Notes: generated by a model from the letters alone, not told the origin. A stretch of DNA of 64,000 nt from Candidatus Moraniibacteriota bacterium (GCA_016699875.1 CP064989.1:10631-74630), one strand, 5' to 3'; numbered from the stretch's first letter, positions 26,570 to 37,151 are shown. Numbers and translations: made by a program.

Positions 26570-27016
26570 ATGCAGACAAAGGTAGTCTTTACGAAGACGA
26601 TAGATGGCGTTGCCAAGGTGGGCGATATTCGCCTTGTTTCTGCCGGATATGCGAGGAATTTCCTTTTCCCTAAGAATCTTGCCGAGCCGGGAACAGAGCG
26701 GGCGCTTCTCAATGCCAAAAAGCGTCAGGCTGATGAGACGAAGAAGGAAAATGACATCATCACTAAAGTCAAGGAAGAGTCGCAGGCGCTCCGTGAACGA
26801 GAAGTTCGCATTGCGGTAAGAGAAAAAGATGGGACCATGTTCGGATCAGTAACCGCTAAAGATATTGTGAAAGCGCTCGAGAAGGACGGGGTGGTCATTT
26901 CGGAAAAAAATATCGTTCTGCCAAAGCCGCTCAAGACACTCGGCGAGCACGAACTCACTGCTGATTTTGGACATGGCATATCGGTGCCATTTGTGGTACT
27001 GTTGAAGGGAGAGTAA
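26570..27016 (+). CDS. rplI: 50S ribosomal protein L9
   Basis: 'MQTKVVFTKTIDGVAKVGDIRLVSAGYARNFLFPKNLA' matches the L9 N-domain consensus. Start trimmed so it does not overlap the tRNA. Confidence 0.85.
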   Translation: MQTKVVFTKTIDGVAKVGDIRLVSAGYARNFLFPKNLAEPGTERALLNAKKRQADETKKENDIITKVKEESQALREREVRIAVREKDGTMFGSVTAKDIVKALEKDGVVISEKNIVLPKPLKTLGEHELTADFGHGISVPFVVLLKGE

Positions 27017-27164
27017 AAAACGAAAGCACCTTTCAGAATATTTGGGGGAGTCGCTCTAATCGGGCGACTCTCTGTCTTTATGAAAGGATTCGTCGAGAGT
27101 GATAATAGGGAAGAGCTCGGGGTACATCTCGGTATTTATCCATAATCCGGTAGGCAGAATCTCT

Positions 27165-28823
27165 ATGGTAAAAACAAAGAAAATGCGGACGCGCTTCATT
27201 TTTGTAGTCGGCGGCGTAATGAGTGGTGTTGGAAAGGGAATAGCTTCTTCATCAATCGGGAAGATTCTTTCGTCGCGCGGCTTTAATGTGACGGCGCTGA
27301 AGATAGATCCGTACATCAATGTTGACGCCGGTACCATGAACCCCACGGAACACGGAGAAGTTTTCGTGCTCCAAGACGGTTATGAGACAGATCAGGATAT
27401 GGGGAACTATGAACGATTTCTTGGCAAGAGTCTTTCGCGAGAGAACTACATGACAACCGGGAGTGTTTATCAATCAGTCATAAACCGCGAGAGAAATCTG
27501 AAATATAATGGAGCCTGTGTCGAGGTAGTACCACATATTCCGCTCGAAGTGATATCGCGCATCAAACGTGCCGCTGAGAATGATCAGGCAGACATTGCCA
27601 TCATAGAAATCGGCGGGACTATCGGCGAATACCAAAATATCCTTTTCCTCGAAGCGGCTCGCATGATGAAAATCAACCACCCGGAAGATGTGCTCTTTGT
27701 GCTGGTGAGTTATCTGCCAGTCCCAAGCAAAATCGGTGAAATGAAAACGAAGCCAACGCAGTATGCCGCACGAACACTCAATAGTGCCGGCATCCAACCG
27801 GATATTATTGTTGCCAGGAGTGATCACTCGCTTGATGAAAAGAGAAAGGAAAAAATAGCTGTCTTTTGCAATGTAAAAAAGGAAGACGTCGTCAGTGCGC
27901 CGGATGTTGAAAGTATTTACGATGTCCCGGTAAACTTTGAGAAGGATAATCTCAGCACGCTTATTCTCAAGAAACTCAGCTTGCGCGCACGAATGAAAGA
28001 TATGAAACAGTGGAACAGTCTCGTTTCGCGCATTCACGGCCTTGAAGAAACCGTCAAGATTGGTATTGTCGGAAAATACTTCAAGACCGGAGATTTCGTC
28101 TTATCCGATGTCTACATTAGCGTGATTGAAGCGATTAAGCATGCTGCGTACTCGATTCGTCGAAAGCCGATAATCGAATGGCTCGAGAGCGGCACCTATG
28201 AAGGTGATCCCGCTTCCCTCAAAGAGCTGACCCGCTATGATGGCATCCTCATTCCCGGAGGTTTCGGCTCGCGCGGCATCGAGGGAAAGATTGCCGCTAT
28301 AGGGTTTTGTCGCGAGAAGAAAATTCCTTACTTCGGACTTTGCTATGGTATGCAGCTTGCTGTCATTGAATACGCACGAAACGGAGCCGGGTTGAAAGAT
28401 GCGAATACTGTGGAGATCGACAAACACGCGACATGCCCTGTTATCGATATTATGCCGGAACAAAAAGAGCGCCTCAAGAAAAAAGAATACGGCGCTACTA
28501 TGCGGCTCGGCGCCTATCCGGCAACTCTCAAAAAAGAAACGATAGCAAGAAATGCATATAATAGAAAAGACATCTCGGAACGACATCGTCATCGATACGA
28601 GGTCAATCCCGAGTACATTGAGCGACTGGAGAAAGCGGGGCTCATATTCTCAGGAACATCGCCCGATGGTAAGCTTATGGAAATCGCCGAGCTTCCACGA
28701 GAGAAACACCCGTTCTTCCTGGGAACTCAATTTCATCCGGAGTTCCAGTCGGCACCGCTTGCCCCACATCCGCTCTTTGTTGAATTCCTCAAAGCTTGTG
28801 TGGAAAAAGAAGCGAGCATCTAA
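27165..28823 (+). CDS. pyrG: CTP synthase
   Basis: 'FIFVVGGVMSGVGKGIASSSIG', 'GLCYGMQLAVIEYARN' (GATase Cys) and 'GTQFHPEF'. The start could instead be the ATG at 27183. Confidence 0.9.
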   Translation: MVKTKKMRTRFIFVVGGVMSGVGKGIASSSIGKILSSRGFNVTALKIDPYINVDAGTMNPTEHGEVFVLQDGYETDQDMGNYERFLGKSLSRENYMTTGSVYQSVINRERNLKYNGACVEVVPHIPLEVISRIKRAAENDQADIAIIEIGGTIGEYQNILFLEAARMMKINHPEDVLFVLVSYLPVPSKIGEMKTKPTQYAARTLNSAGIQPDIIVARSDHSLDEKRKEKIAVFCNVKKEDVVSAPDVESIYDVPVNFEKDNLSTLILKKLSLRARMKDMKQWNSLVSRIHGLEETVKIGIVGKYFKTGDFVLSDVYISVIEAIKHAAYSIRRKPIIEWLESGTYEGDPASLKELTRYDGILIPGGFGSRGIEGKIAAIGFCREKKIPYFGLCYGMQLAVIEYARNGAGLKDANTVEIDKHATCPVIDIMPEQKERLKKKEYGATMRLGAYPATLKKETIARNAYNRKDISERHRHRYEVNPEYIERLEKAGLIFSGTSPDGKLMEIAELPREKHPFFLGTQFHPEFQSAPLAPHPLFVEFLKACVEKEASI

Positions 28824-28833
28824 AACTAATGCA

Positions 28834-29280
28834 ATGCGTATGGAACTCTCCGAAAACATACCTCGCCAGGAAAGGAATCTGGCTATAGAAGAGAGAAAAC
28901 ATGAGGAGACTCTGAGCTGGTTCGATATGAATCTGCAAGTGTGCGCTATCGAAGAAATAGTCAGAAGAACAACGCCTGACAGTGAAAGTTTGGACCATCT
29001 CGACAGACAACAAAGAGGACAGTTGCGACTAGGGATTATTACAAGTGGATTCTCCACGTGGTATAGAGAAGAAAAAATTTCGCAGCGATTCACGGAAAAT
29101 TCAGAGACATTCTCAAAGATAGCGGCTCTGCATGAAAAACATCTCCAAACAAGCAAATCAAAAGGAGAGGGGAGTGATAACGCCCGGCTGATATTGGAAC
29201 AAGATTTCCTGGAATTCTCTAAAGAAGTAGCAGATTCCTGGCAATTGTTTCATCAATCGGAGAGCAGTATGCGACATTAG
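28834..29280 (+). CDS. Hypothetical charged/coiled-coil protein
   Basis: ORF trimmed to 'MRMELSENIP' to avoid overlapping pyrG. No recognisable motif. Confidence 0.4.
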   Translation: MRMELSENIPRQERNLAIEERKHEETLSWFDMNLQVCAIEEIVRRTTPDSESLDHLDRQQRGQLRLGIITSGFSTWYREEKISQRFTENSETFSKIAALHEKHLQTSKSKGEGSDNARLILEQDFLEFSKEVADSWQLFHQSESSMRH

Positions 29281-29373
29281 AATACTCACTGAAAAATTAT
29301 CAAAATACTATATGGAGGAGAAAGAGGGAAAAAGCGAGCAGATAGTGTCACGTTCTATTCTTTCCCAAGCCAG

Positions 29374-29410
29374 AAAACCCACCAATATTTGGTGGGTTTT
29401 CTCTTTTCTC
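29374..29410. terminator. Bidirectional rho-independent terminator between the convergent genes 28834-29280(+) and rpmA(-)
   Basis: cccaccaa-tat-ttggtggg hairpin flanked by an A-run (5') and a T-run (3'). Confidence 0.55.
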
Positions 29411-29451
29411 TTCGGAATTCCGGAGTAGTGTACAATGCCAGCTCTCTTTTG

Positions 29452-29733
29452 TTATGCTGACAGCTTCACGTGAACAAAAATTCGTTTCGCAAGTTTGCCT
29501 GTAAAAGCAAGCATTTTCTTGTGTTGAAAAGACACCTTCCCATCCGCAAGAGCAAAAAGAGTGTCATCCGCTCCTTTTTTTACATTCTGACCAGGGTGAA
29601 ATTTGGTACCCCGCTGACGGACAATAACTTCACCCGGGTGTACTGATTGACCGCCAAACCGCTTTACGCCGAGGCGTTTTGCGATGGAATCGCGGCCAAG
29701 ATCGGTAGATCCGCCTGCTTTACGATGCGCCAT
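29452..29733 (-). CDS. rpmA: 50S ribosomal protein L27 (with C-terminal extension)
   Basis: '[51 protein letters not shown]'. Confidence 0.85.
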   Translation of the reverse strand: MAHRKAGGSTDLGRDSIAKRLGVKRFGGQSVHPGEVIVRQRGTKFHPGQNVKKGADDTLFALADGKVSFQHKKMLAFTGKLAKRIFVHVKLSA

Positions 29734-29928
29734 AAACCTGAAATATAGGGATAGACAGATACGATAACAGGGAAATGGTATCGCTTTTTCATGATACTGT
29801 CAATATCCGATGGAAGACACTGGAAGAACATGATTTCTGCATATAAAACAAAAGAAATTGACCAAAAAAGAGATACAGCTTGCCTTTTTTGCCTCTAGAA
29901 GATACGATAGCGCCATTATACATACGGC

Positions 29929-30390
29929 ATGGGACCCTTTCTGAAAAAACCTTTTCGACATGCGAAAGAAACCGGAGCACAATGGTTTCAGGGGCACGGA
30001 CAAAGCCTGATACTCTTCGTCGGAGTCGCCGCTTCGCTAATGCTGGCTTTTGAGGGAGGTTTTCTCATTGGAAAAGATCGGCAATCCGCACCCATCTACG
30101 TAGAGAAACCAGCCGATCCATGCGTATGCACAACAGTACCCTCTGATCAGAGAGGGGAAGATACCCTCGTGCAAAACTCCCAGAACTCTGTGGGAACAGC
30201 AGCTGGAGATTCCGATAATTTAAAAGATATGGGTGATCAGGTCTGCGTATTTGTCGGGAGTCGGAATTCGGATAAGTATCATCTGCCCAAGTGCAGCTGG
30301 GCAAAACGGATCAAACCGGAAAACCGAATATGCTTCACGTCCGCTGCTGATGCCGAATCAAAAGGATATAAACCGGGGTGCATAGAATGA
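29929..30390 (+). CDS. Membrane-anchored protein with an Ada-type zinc-binding domain
   Basis: One TM helix (LILFVGVAASLMLAF), then 'CVFVGSRNSDKYHLPKCSWAKRIKPENRICFTSAADAESKGYKPGC'. This resembles the Ada_Zn_binding pattern (YH-P-C ... pen-rv-F-s-eeAe-aGyrPC). Confidence 0.5.
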   Translation: MGPFLKKPFRHAKETGAQWFQGHGQSLILFVGVAASLMLAFEGGFLIGKDRQSAPIYVEKPADPCVCTTVPSDQRGEDTLVQNSQNSVGTAAGDSDNLKDMGDQVCVFVGSRNSDKYHLPKCSWAKRIKPENRICFTSAADAESKGYKPGCIE

Positions 30391-30447
30391 TGCCAAAGCC
30401 ACAATAAACACTTCGACAGCTTCAGAGTTTTCTGTGATAATAAGAGC

Positions 30448-31719
30448 ATGTCAGAAGCTACGGAAAGTTCATTGCGGCATTCCGAACAATACGATTCTCT
30501 GCAAACGCGCCGACTCAGTGGCATAGCGTTTCTTTTTGGTTTTGCCGACTCATTTTTGGTCTACATCCTCTCAGCATACTTCTCGGAATCAATCGGGAGC
30601 GCCAATGTCAGCGCATTTTACTTCATCGCTTTTGGAATTATGCTTGCATTCCTCTTCTCTTTGCAAGCAGTTGTCCGATCAATTGGAGAAACATCGCTCT
30701 TTATGCTCTTCATCCTCGGTGTCATCGGGGTGCAGATACCACTTACTTTTCTGCCAACGTCAATTTCAGGGTCGATGCTTATCATGGGATACCTTGTTGC
30801 TACGGCGCTGGCTTGGGTCACATTGGATATGGTGCTTGAACGCTCTTCCGAAGACCGGCGATCAGGGAGGATACGCGGCATGAATCTTTCCGCAATGAAT
30901 CTCGGGATATTGTTCGCCCCATTTCTTTCCGCGACCATCCTCGGTCATTTCGGATTTTCCGGAGTATTTTTTGTCAGTCTTATTTTCTATTCGATCCTGT
31001 TTCTTCTTGCACTTCTTCTTTTGGCATCGTCAAAAAGACCGATTGAACGACAAGTTTCACCGGTCAATATTTTCAGAAAGGTGCGGCGCCGCACTGACAT
31101 CGCAAGAATCTATATTGTTTCATTCGCGCTCAATTTTTTCTACGCAACCATGATCGTCTACACATCGCTCCGCCTCCGAGAACTTGGTATGAGCTGGAAC
31201 CACATCGGAATTGTTTTCACAATTATGCTCATTCCCTTCGTCATCATTCAGTATCCGCTGGGCAATATTGCGGATCGACGGACTGGCGAAAAAGAGCTTC
31301 TTATTGGTTCATTGATTCTTTCAGCGCTCTCAACAGCTTCGCTTGTCTGGATAGAGAGTCCGAGCGTGGTGCTCTGGGCAACGCTGCTTTTTATAACTCG
31401 AGTTGGCATTGCCGGAGTCGAAGTTCTGAGTGATTCGTATTTCTACAAGCGTATTGACGGGAGCGATAATGATCTTATTGCCTTTTTTCGGACAGCTCGT
31501 CCGGTTGGTAATATTATCGCCGCACTCTTCCTTGGAACCTGGCTTATCTTCTTTCCGCTTTCAAGTATTTTCATTTTGCCCGCCATCATATTATTAGTCG
31601 CTCTCATCCCAGCTATCTCCCTCCAAGACAATCCGAGCGAACGCGAACAAGACTCAATCTTGCATGGAAATCAGCCGATCGAAGCACGTATTAATTCCTA
31701 TGGAACCGGAACTTTTTGA
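30448..31719 (+). CDS. MFS transporter
   Basis: About 12 hydrophobic helices arranged as two 6-helix halves. A 'GRIRGMNLSAMNLG' motif follows TM2. Confidence 0.75.
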   Translation: MSEATESSLRHSEQYDSLQTRRLSGIAFLFGFADSFLVYILSAYFSESIGSANVSAFYFIAFGIMLAFLFSLQAVVRSIGETSLFMLFILGVIGVQIPLTFLPTSISGSMLIMGYLVATALAWVTLDMVLERSSEDRRSGRIRGMNLSAMNLGILFAPFLSATILGHFGFSGVFFVSLIFYSILFLLALLLLASSKRPIERQVSPVNIFRKVRRRTDIARIYIVSFALNFFYATMIVYTSLRLRELGMSWNHIGIVFTIMLIPFVIIQYPLGNIADRRTGEKELLIGSLILSALSTASLVWIESPSVVLWATLLFITRVGIAGVEVLSDSYFYKRIDGSDNDLIAFFRTARPVGNIIAALFLGTWLIFFPLSSIFILPAIILLVALIPAISLQDNPSEREQDSILHGNQPIEARINSYGTGTF

Positions 31720-31900
31720 GAAAATACAGAACATCGAACAGAAAGTCGATCGGATGTTTGCAAGCGTCGAGAAGCTCCGGCGATATTTTCTTTGGACACT
31801 GATCATTACGCTGGTCACGGTGGTTCTCCCGATTATCGCCCTTATGTTCGCCATACCTTGGGCGTTTGGGATCCTTTCGAACGCCTACAATATTTCATAA
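31700..31900 (+). CDS. Small hypothetical membrane protein
   Basis: 'MEPELFEKIQNIEQKVDRMFASVEKLRRYFLWTLIITLVTVVLPIIALMF'. Overlaps the MFS stop by about 20 nt. Confidence 0.3.
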   Translation: MEPELFEKIQNIEQKVDRMFASVEKLRRYFLWTLIITLVTVVLPIIALMFAIPWAFGILSNAYNIS

Positions 31901-31908
31901 TCGTTTCT

Positions 31909-33024
31909 ATGGCTCGTTTACTGCAAGGCGTAATAGTTGTATGCGTTGTTTTAGGCATTCTCTCCGGAGCGCAATTTTTTGTATACTTTTCAATTGTACG
32001 GTTTTTCTCTGTTACTCATGAGACTGACAAATTACTGCTCTACATAAGCACGGCGGCCATACCAATTGCATTCATTCTCGCCTCCATACTCGGGAGAATG
32101 CGAGAAAATATATTCACAAAATCATTCTACATAGTGACTGGTATCCTTCTCGGCATAGGTGCGAATATCGTACTGGCATCTCTTGCTACATGGGGGATAC
32201 TGTTGTTTTTCAATAATTCGATAGTTGTCTCGCCAACCATCATCGCCGCAATATGCTTTGCTATGGCAATCTCTTTATCTGTCTACGGCGTCTGGAATGC
32301 GTCCCATCCGGTTGTCAAGCATATCGAGGTAACTATTCCAAATCTCCCAGATCTGTGGAAAGGGAAGCGAGTTGTCCAATTGTCAGATATTCATCTCGGA
32401 TATGTCTATCAGTTAAACTTCATGCGTCGAGTCGTTTCTCAGGTCAATACAATTCATCCGGAGGCCGTCTTCATTACCGGAGACCTTTTTGACGGTATGG
32501 ATGGCGATCTCGAGCATGCTGTGGATACACTCGGGGATATTCGCTCAAAGTACGGCGTATTTTTTGTGAACGGGAATCATGAGACATATTTCGGACTGGA
32601 GAAATCTTTCGCTCTTATCGGCAGAACCCCGGTCCGAATCCTTCGAGACGAAGTGATCGATATCGATGGTCTCAAGGTTATCGGTATTGGTTATCCGGAT
32701 CAAGGAGAGCGAAAAGATATCGTAGGCGTCGCAAGATCCCTTGAGAACTCTTGGAAGGGGAGCCCGAATATCCTTCTCTATCATGCGCCATCGCATATTC
32801 GAGGATTCCGAGAGGCGGGAATACATCTCCAACTCTCGGGACACACTCATAAGGGGCAGATGTTTCCCTTCGGACTCATCACAAAAATAGCGCACAAAGG
32901 GCATGACTACGGATTGTATACAAAAGGGGATTATACGCTCTATACAACAAGCGGCATCGGCACATGGGGACCGTCAATGCGACTTGGGAATCGCCCGGAA
33001 ATCGTCGCCATTACATTGCGGTAA
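31909..33024 (+). CDS. Membrane-bound metallophosphoesterase (calcineurin-like)
   Basis: Four N-terminal TM helices, then 'VVQLSDIHLG', 'ITGDLFDG', 'GNHETY' and 'SGHTHKG'. Start trimmed to 'MARLLQ'. Confidence 0.75.
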   Translation: MARLLQGVIVVCVVLGILSGAQFFVYFSIVRFFSVTHETDKLLLYISTAAIPIAFILASILGRMRENIFTKSFYIVTGILLGIGANIVLASLATWGILLFFNNSIVVSPTIIAAICFAMAISLSVYGVWNASHPVVKHIEVTIPNLPDLWKGKRVVQLSDIHLGYVYQLNFMRRVVSQVNTIHPEAVFITGDLFDGMDGDLEHAVDTLGDIRSKYGVFFVNGNHETYFGLEKSFALIGRTPVRILRDEVIDIDGLKVIGIGYPDQGERKDIVGVARSLENSWKGSPNILLYHAPSHIRGFREAGIHLQLSGHTHKGQMFPFGLITKIAHKGHDYGLYTKGDYTLYTTSGIGTWGPSMRLGNRPEIVAITLR

Positions 33025-33132
33025 ATCACACATGCCACAGATATCTTGTCAACGTTGACACAAAAAAGCGTTTCTCTTTACAATGGCGAAGTATGATCGT
33101 TTTTTATCCGGATTCTCCCTTTTCCTTCCTCT

Positions 33133-34059
33133 ATGATTACACTCAAGAATGTCACGAAGTATTTCGGAAGAGTGAAAGCGGTCAATGACCTGTCATTTTC
33201 AGTGAATTCAAGCGAGGTCATCGGATTTCTTGGGCCAAATGGCGCAGGAAAAACAACGACTCTGCGGATGATGACTGGATTTTTTTCGCCCGATCGAGGG
33301 TCGATCATCGTTGATGACATCAATATCGAGCGTGATCCGGTAGCGGTACAAAAAAAGATAGGCTACCTCCCCGAAAACAACCCGCTCTATACGAATATGC
33401 TGGTGTCGGAGTTTCTTGATCTCGCTGCGAGACTTCACCAAATATCGCCATCAGAGAGGAAAGAGGCTACTGGTCGCGTTGTGCACGCTGTTGGTATCGA
33501 AGAGATGTTCTATCGGCCGATACGAGAACTTTCAAAAGGATTCCGTCAGCGAGTCGGCATCGCTGCTGCGCTTATCCATAAGCCGGACATTATCATTCTT
33601 GATGAACCAACCGAAGGACTTGACCCGAATCAGCGAGGTGACATTCGAGCACTTATCAAAGATCTCGCAAAGAAACATACGGTCATCATGAGTACACACG
33701 TTATGCAAGAGGCTTCCGCGGTGTGTAGCCGGCTGCTCATATTGAACAAAGGGGGACTCGTCGCCGATGGAACGGTACAGGAACTTTCCGCCAAAGCGGA
33801 AGGGAAGCGAATGCTGTCAGTCGATATTGAAGGCGACGACGTAGAGCAGGAGCTTACACGTCTTGCTGGAGGAAGGGACACCTTTTCAGTAAAAGATCGG
33901 AAGAAAAATCGATTCTCTGCTACCCTCTCAATTGAAGAAAACCGGGAAATTCGTCCCGATATATCAAAACTCGCCTGGAAACACCACTGGATCTTGTGGG
34001 ATATGCATGAGGAAGAGCGAAAACTTGAAGATATTTTCCAAGAACTCACCAAGGAATAG
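33133..34059 (+). CDS. ABC transporter ATP-binding protein (GldA-like)
   Basis: Walker A 'GPNGAGKTT', signature 'LSKGFRQRVGIAAAL', Walker B 'IILDEPTEGLD'. Confidence 0.85.
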   Translation: MITLKNVTKYFGRVKAVNDLSFSVNSSEVIGFLGPNGAGKTTTLRMMTGFFSPDRGSIIVDDINIERDPVAVQKKIGYLPENNPLYTNMLVSEFLDLAARLHQISPSERKEATGRVVHAVGIEEMFYRPIRELSKGFRQRVGIAAALIHKPDIIILDEPTEGLDPNQRGDIRALIKDLAKKHTVIMSTHVMQEASAVCSRLLILNKGGLVADGTVQELSAKAEGKRMLSVDIEGDDVEQELTRLAGGRDTFSVKDRKKNRFSATLSIEENREIRPDISKLAWKHHWILWDMHEEERKLEDIFQELTKE

Positions 34060-34072
34060 ATTTCTACCACCT

Positions 34073-36385
34073 ATGAAAAACATTCTCACACTCATTCGAA
34101 AAGAATTGCAAGCTTTTTTTAATAACCCGACAGCCTACATTGTAATCGCCGCATTTCTTCTCCTCTGGGAATTTTTGTTCTTTCGCCAGGTGTTCCTTAT
34201 CGGAGAAATATCCGTCAGGGGACTGTTTGACTTTCTACCTTGGCTCCTTCTTCTGGTCATCCCAGCCCTTACTATGGGATCTCTCGCAGAAGAAAAAAGC
34301 GAGGGAACTCTTGAATTTCTCCTCACTCGACCAGTGCGGCCGATAGAGCTGATTCTTGGAAAGTTTTTCGGAATACTAGCTTTCTTTTCGATAGCTACCG
34401 CTTTTGTTTTCCCAATCGCCTGGAGCTTCCACTTTTTTGGCGCTGTTGATTGGGGTCAAACAATAGCGCAGTACTTGGGTGGAGTATTTCTTGCCGCTAT
34501 TTTAGCGAGCCTCGGTATAGCCATTTCGAGCCTGGCACGAAGCCAGATAACAGCTTTCGTCGTATCTGCTATTGCCAGTTTCTTTCTCATCATCTCCGGA
34601 ATGGAGATAGTCACATCGAGAATCCCTCTATCAATGGCGTCGTTCTTCGAACAATTTTCCGTCTTCAATCACTTCGTATCACTTGCCCGCGGGGTTATCG
34701 ATACTCGAGACATTTGGTATTTTATCTCCTTTACCTCCGTATTCTTGAGCGTCGCATTTCTCACGATTCTCCAATCAAAACTCGGGAAGCGCCGAAAATC
34801 CTACCAACAATACCGGCTCGCACTGGCAGTACTATTCGGTATCGCATTCTTCTCAAATATTGTCGGAGCAAGAATTCCCGGACGCATAGATCTTACCCGC
34901 AACCAAATATACACGCTCTCTTCGTCCGCAGATGCGATACTCGCATCGCTTCCTAATGATATTGTCAATATATCACTCTATGCTTCAGGGCAACTCCCGT
35001 CTGAATTCCAACCCGTCCTGCGTGATACAAAGGACATGCTTTCGGACTATCAACGAATTGCTGCCGGAAAGATTCAACTCACCACGAAGGATCCCTTATC
35101 TGATGAATCAATCGCCAGCGAAGCGCAATCCCTTGGTGTCCAGCCGGTGCGTTTCAATGTTGTCTCGCAAGAAGCATATCAAGTGAAGGAGGGTTACCTT
35201 GGAATTGTCATTTCATTTGGAGGTAAACATGAGACCATCCCTTTTGTTCAAAGTACCGACACCTTGGAATATCAACTCTCCAGCCTCCTCACCAAACTTA
35301 CAACCGATAAAAAACCGTCTGTTGGCATACTCTCCGGACATGGAGAGAAAAGTCTCTTCCGGGATTATTCCCGCATTGCCGATGAATGGGGGAAGCAATT
35401 TGACGTACATGAAATTGCCGCGGAAAGCGATGCCTCGACGGATTCAAATAACAGCAAAACAAATCCCGCTCAGAAATCACCAGAAGATGCTCCGGCAAAA
35501 CATTTCACTTTATCAGATGACCTGAAAGTGCTGATCGTTGCCGGACCAACTGAAAATTTCTCCGACGATGAAAAGAAAACAATTTCCGACTTTCTGAAAA
35601 GGGGAGGGAGCGCACTCTTTCTTGTCGATGGCGTAACAGCCTCACCAAGCACGATGAGCGCTTCAAAAAATGCCAGTAATTTCTCAGATTTCATTAGGGA
35701 TGAGCTCGGCGTAACTGTTCGGAAGGACATGGTCTATGATCTCCGCGCCAATGAGTCTGTTAGTTTTGGTGGGGGAAAGAATATGCAGTATATCTTGCCG
35801 TATCCGCTCTGGATTCGAGCGCAAAAATCTGAGAGCAACTCCCCACTCACGGCATCAATTAATGAAATTTCCCTCCCATGGACAAGCTCTATAGAAACTG
35901 ATAGTGACACCGTTCAGAAACAAGGATACGCACAGACAGCCCTTTTCGTCACAACGCCCTTTGCCGGGCAAGAAGAGACGGACCTTAACATAGCACCGGA
36001 TCAAGACTTTCCAAAAACTGACCTTGCAACGCACACCGTTGCTATCGAATTGACACGAGATCACGAAGAAACAAGCAATTTTGCATCCCACATTATCATT
36101 GTCGGGAATTCTGGATTTCTCACAGATCAGTTCGTTGGAAATAATCCATCAAACCTGTCTTTCGGTATCGGAGCGCTTGCATTCTTGGGACAGGAATCTT
36201 CCCTCGGATCGATAGCGGCCAAAAATGTCTCGGCGGAGAAATTTCATTTTACCAATGCCTCCGAACCAACTATTCTGAAGTTTGGTAATATAGCATTCGC
36301 TCTCTCCCTCACTCTCGGATATGGCATGTTCCGACTTATTCGAAGAAACAGAAAACGACGATTCTCCTATGAAGAAGATATCTAA
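34073..36385 (+). CDS. Fused ABC-2 permease (GldF-like) and GldG-like auxiliary domain protein
   Basis: N-terminal six TM helices of the ABC-2 type. A roughly 480-aa extracytoplasmic domain follows, ending in a C-terminal TM anchor (IAFALSLTLGYGMF...RRNRKRR), as in GldG/ABC_transp_aux proteins. Start trimmed to 'MKNILTL'. Confidence 0.65.
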   Translation: MKNILTLIRKELQAFFNNPTAYIVIAAFLLLWEFLFFRQVFLIGEISVRGLFDFLPWLLLLVIPALTMGSLAEEKSEGTLEFLLTRPVRPIELILGKFFGILAFFSIATAFVFPIAWSFHFFGAVDWGQTIAQYLGGVFLAAILASLGIAISSLARSQITAFVVSAIASFFLIISGMEIVTSRIPLSMASFFEQFSVFNHFVSLARGVIDTRDIWYFISFTSVFLSVAFLTILQSKLGKRRKSYQQYRLALAVLFGIAFFSNIVGARIPGRIDLTRNQIYTLSSSADAILASLPNDIVNISLYASGQLPSEFQPVLRDTKDMLSDYQRIAAGKIQLTTKDPLSDESIASEAQSLGVQPVRFNVVSQEAYQVKEGYLGIVISFGGKHETIPFVQSTDTLEYQLSSLLTKLTTDKKPSVGILSGHGEKSLFRDYSRIADEWGKQFDVHEIAAESDASTDSNNSKTNPAQKSPEDAPAKHFTLSDDLKVLIVAGPTENFSDDEKKTISDFLKRGGSALFLVDGVTASPSTMSASKNASNFSDFIRDELGVTVRKDMVYDLRANESVSFGGGKNMQYILPYPLWIRAQKSESNSPLTASINEISLPWTSSIETDSDTVQKQGYAQTALFVTTPFAGQEETDLNIAPDQDFPKTDLATHTVAIELTRDHEETSNFASHIIIVGNSGFLTDQFVGNNPSNLSFGIGALAFLGQESSLGSIAAKNVSAEKFHFTNASEPTILKFGNIAFALSLTLGYGMFRLIRRNRKRRFSYEEDI

Positions 36386-36406
36386 AACTGTGACTCGAGC
36401 ACCTCT

Positions 36407-37036
36407 ATGAAAAATATTTCCTTTCTCAAGATCGCTTCCATTATTCTAGTCGGACTCTTCCTTATAGCTATAATCCCATGGATCAGCAACGTACTTTCAT
36501 CGAAGGAAGATGTTGATATTGATATAAAGAATATCGCTCCAAGTATTAACCTCTCGTCGTTTACAGAAAATACTGTTACCTCCATAAAGATAACCAGGAA
36601 AGATGCTGATGATGTTGTTTTAGAGAAAAAAGGTGGCGCGTGGAAAATAGGTGCGGACGACGCCGACACTACAAAAGTAACCGCTCTTTTCCAGTCATTT
36701 GAGACGCTCGTACCACATGAAATAGTCTCGAAAAACGAAGATAATTTCAGTAAATTCGGCGTCACAAAAGACGATGGAATCCGGCTCGAAATCAGCACGA
36801 GCGGAAATCCCTCCGTGTTTTATATAGGAGCTGATAGCGATGTTCCTCAAGAATTCTATCTTCGAAAAGACGGGATAAAGAATACCTACTCCGCAAGAGG
36901 AACTCTCCGGAACCTCCTCACACAAAGCGTTTCCTACTGGAAGAAAGTCCCCACAGAGGAGAAGGCTAGTGATAACGCATCTGCCGATAAAATAAATGAC
37001 AACGCGGGGAGTTTCTCGAAAGAAGCAGGGGAGTAG
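36407..37036 (+). CDS. Hypothetical N-terminally anchored secreted protein (DUF4340-like position next to the GldG-like gene)
   Basis: N-terminal TM helix. Context only; no strong motif. Confidence 0.4.
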   Translation: MKNISFLKIASIILVGLFLIAIIPWISNVLSSKEDVDIDIKNIAPSINLSSFTENTVTSIKITRKDADDVVLEKKGGAWKIGADDADTTKVTALFQSFETLVPHEIVSKNEDNFSKFGVTKDDGIRLEISTSGNPSVFYIGADSDVPQEFYLRKDGIKNTYSARGTLRNLLTQSVSYWKKVPTEEKASDNASADKINDNAGSFSKEAGE

Positions 37037-37151
37037 TGTATACTCCTGAAAGATGAAAGATGTGAAAAAAGATGACAAAAAAATAGCGAGAAGAACAACT
37101 TCTTCTTTGGTAAATTAAATAAAGAAAAATTGATAAATAATAACTAACTAT

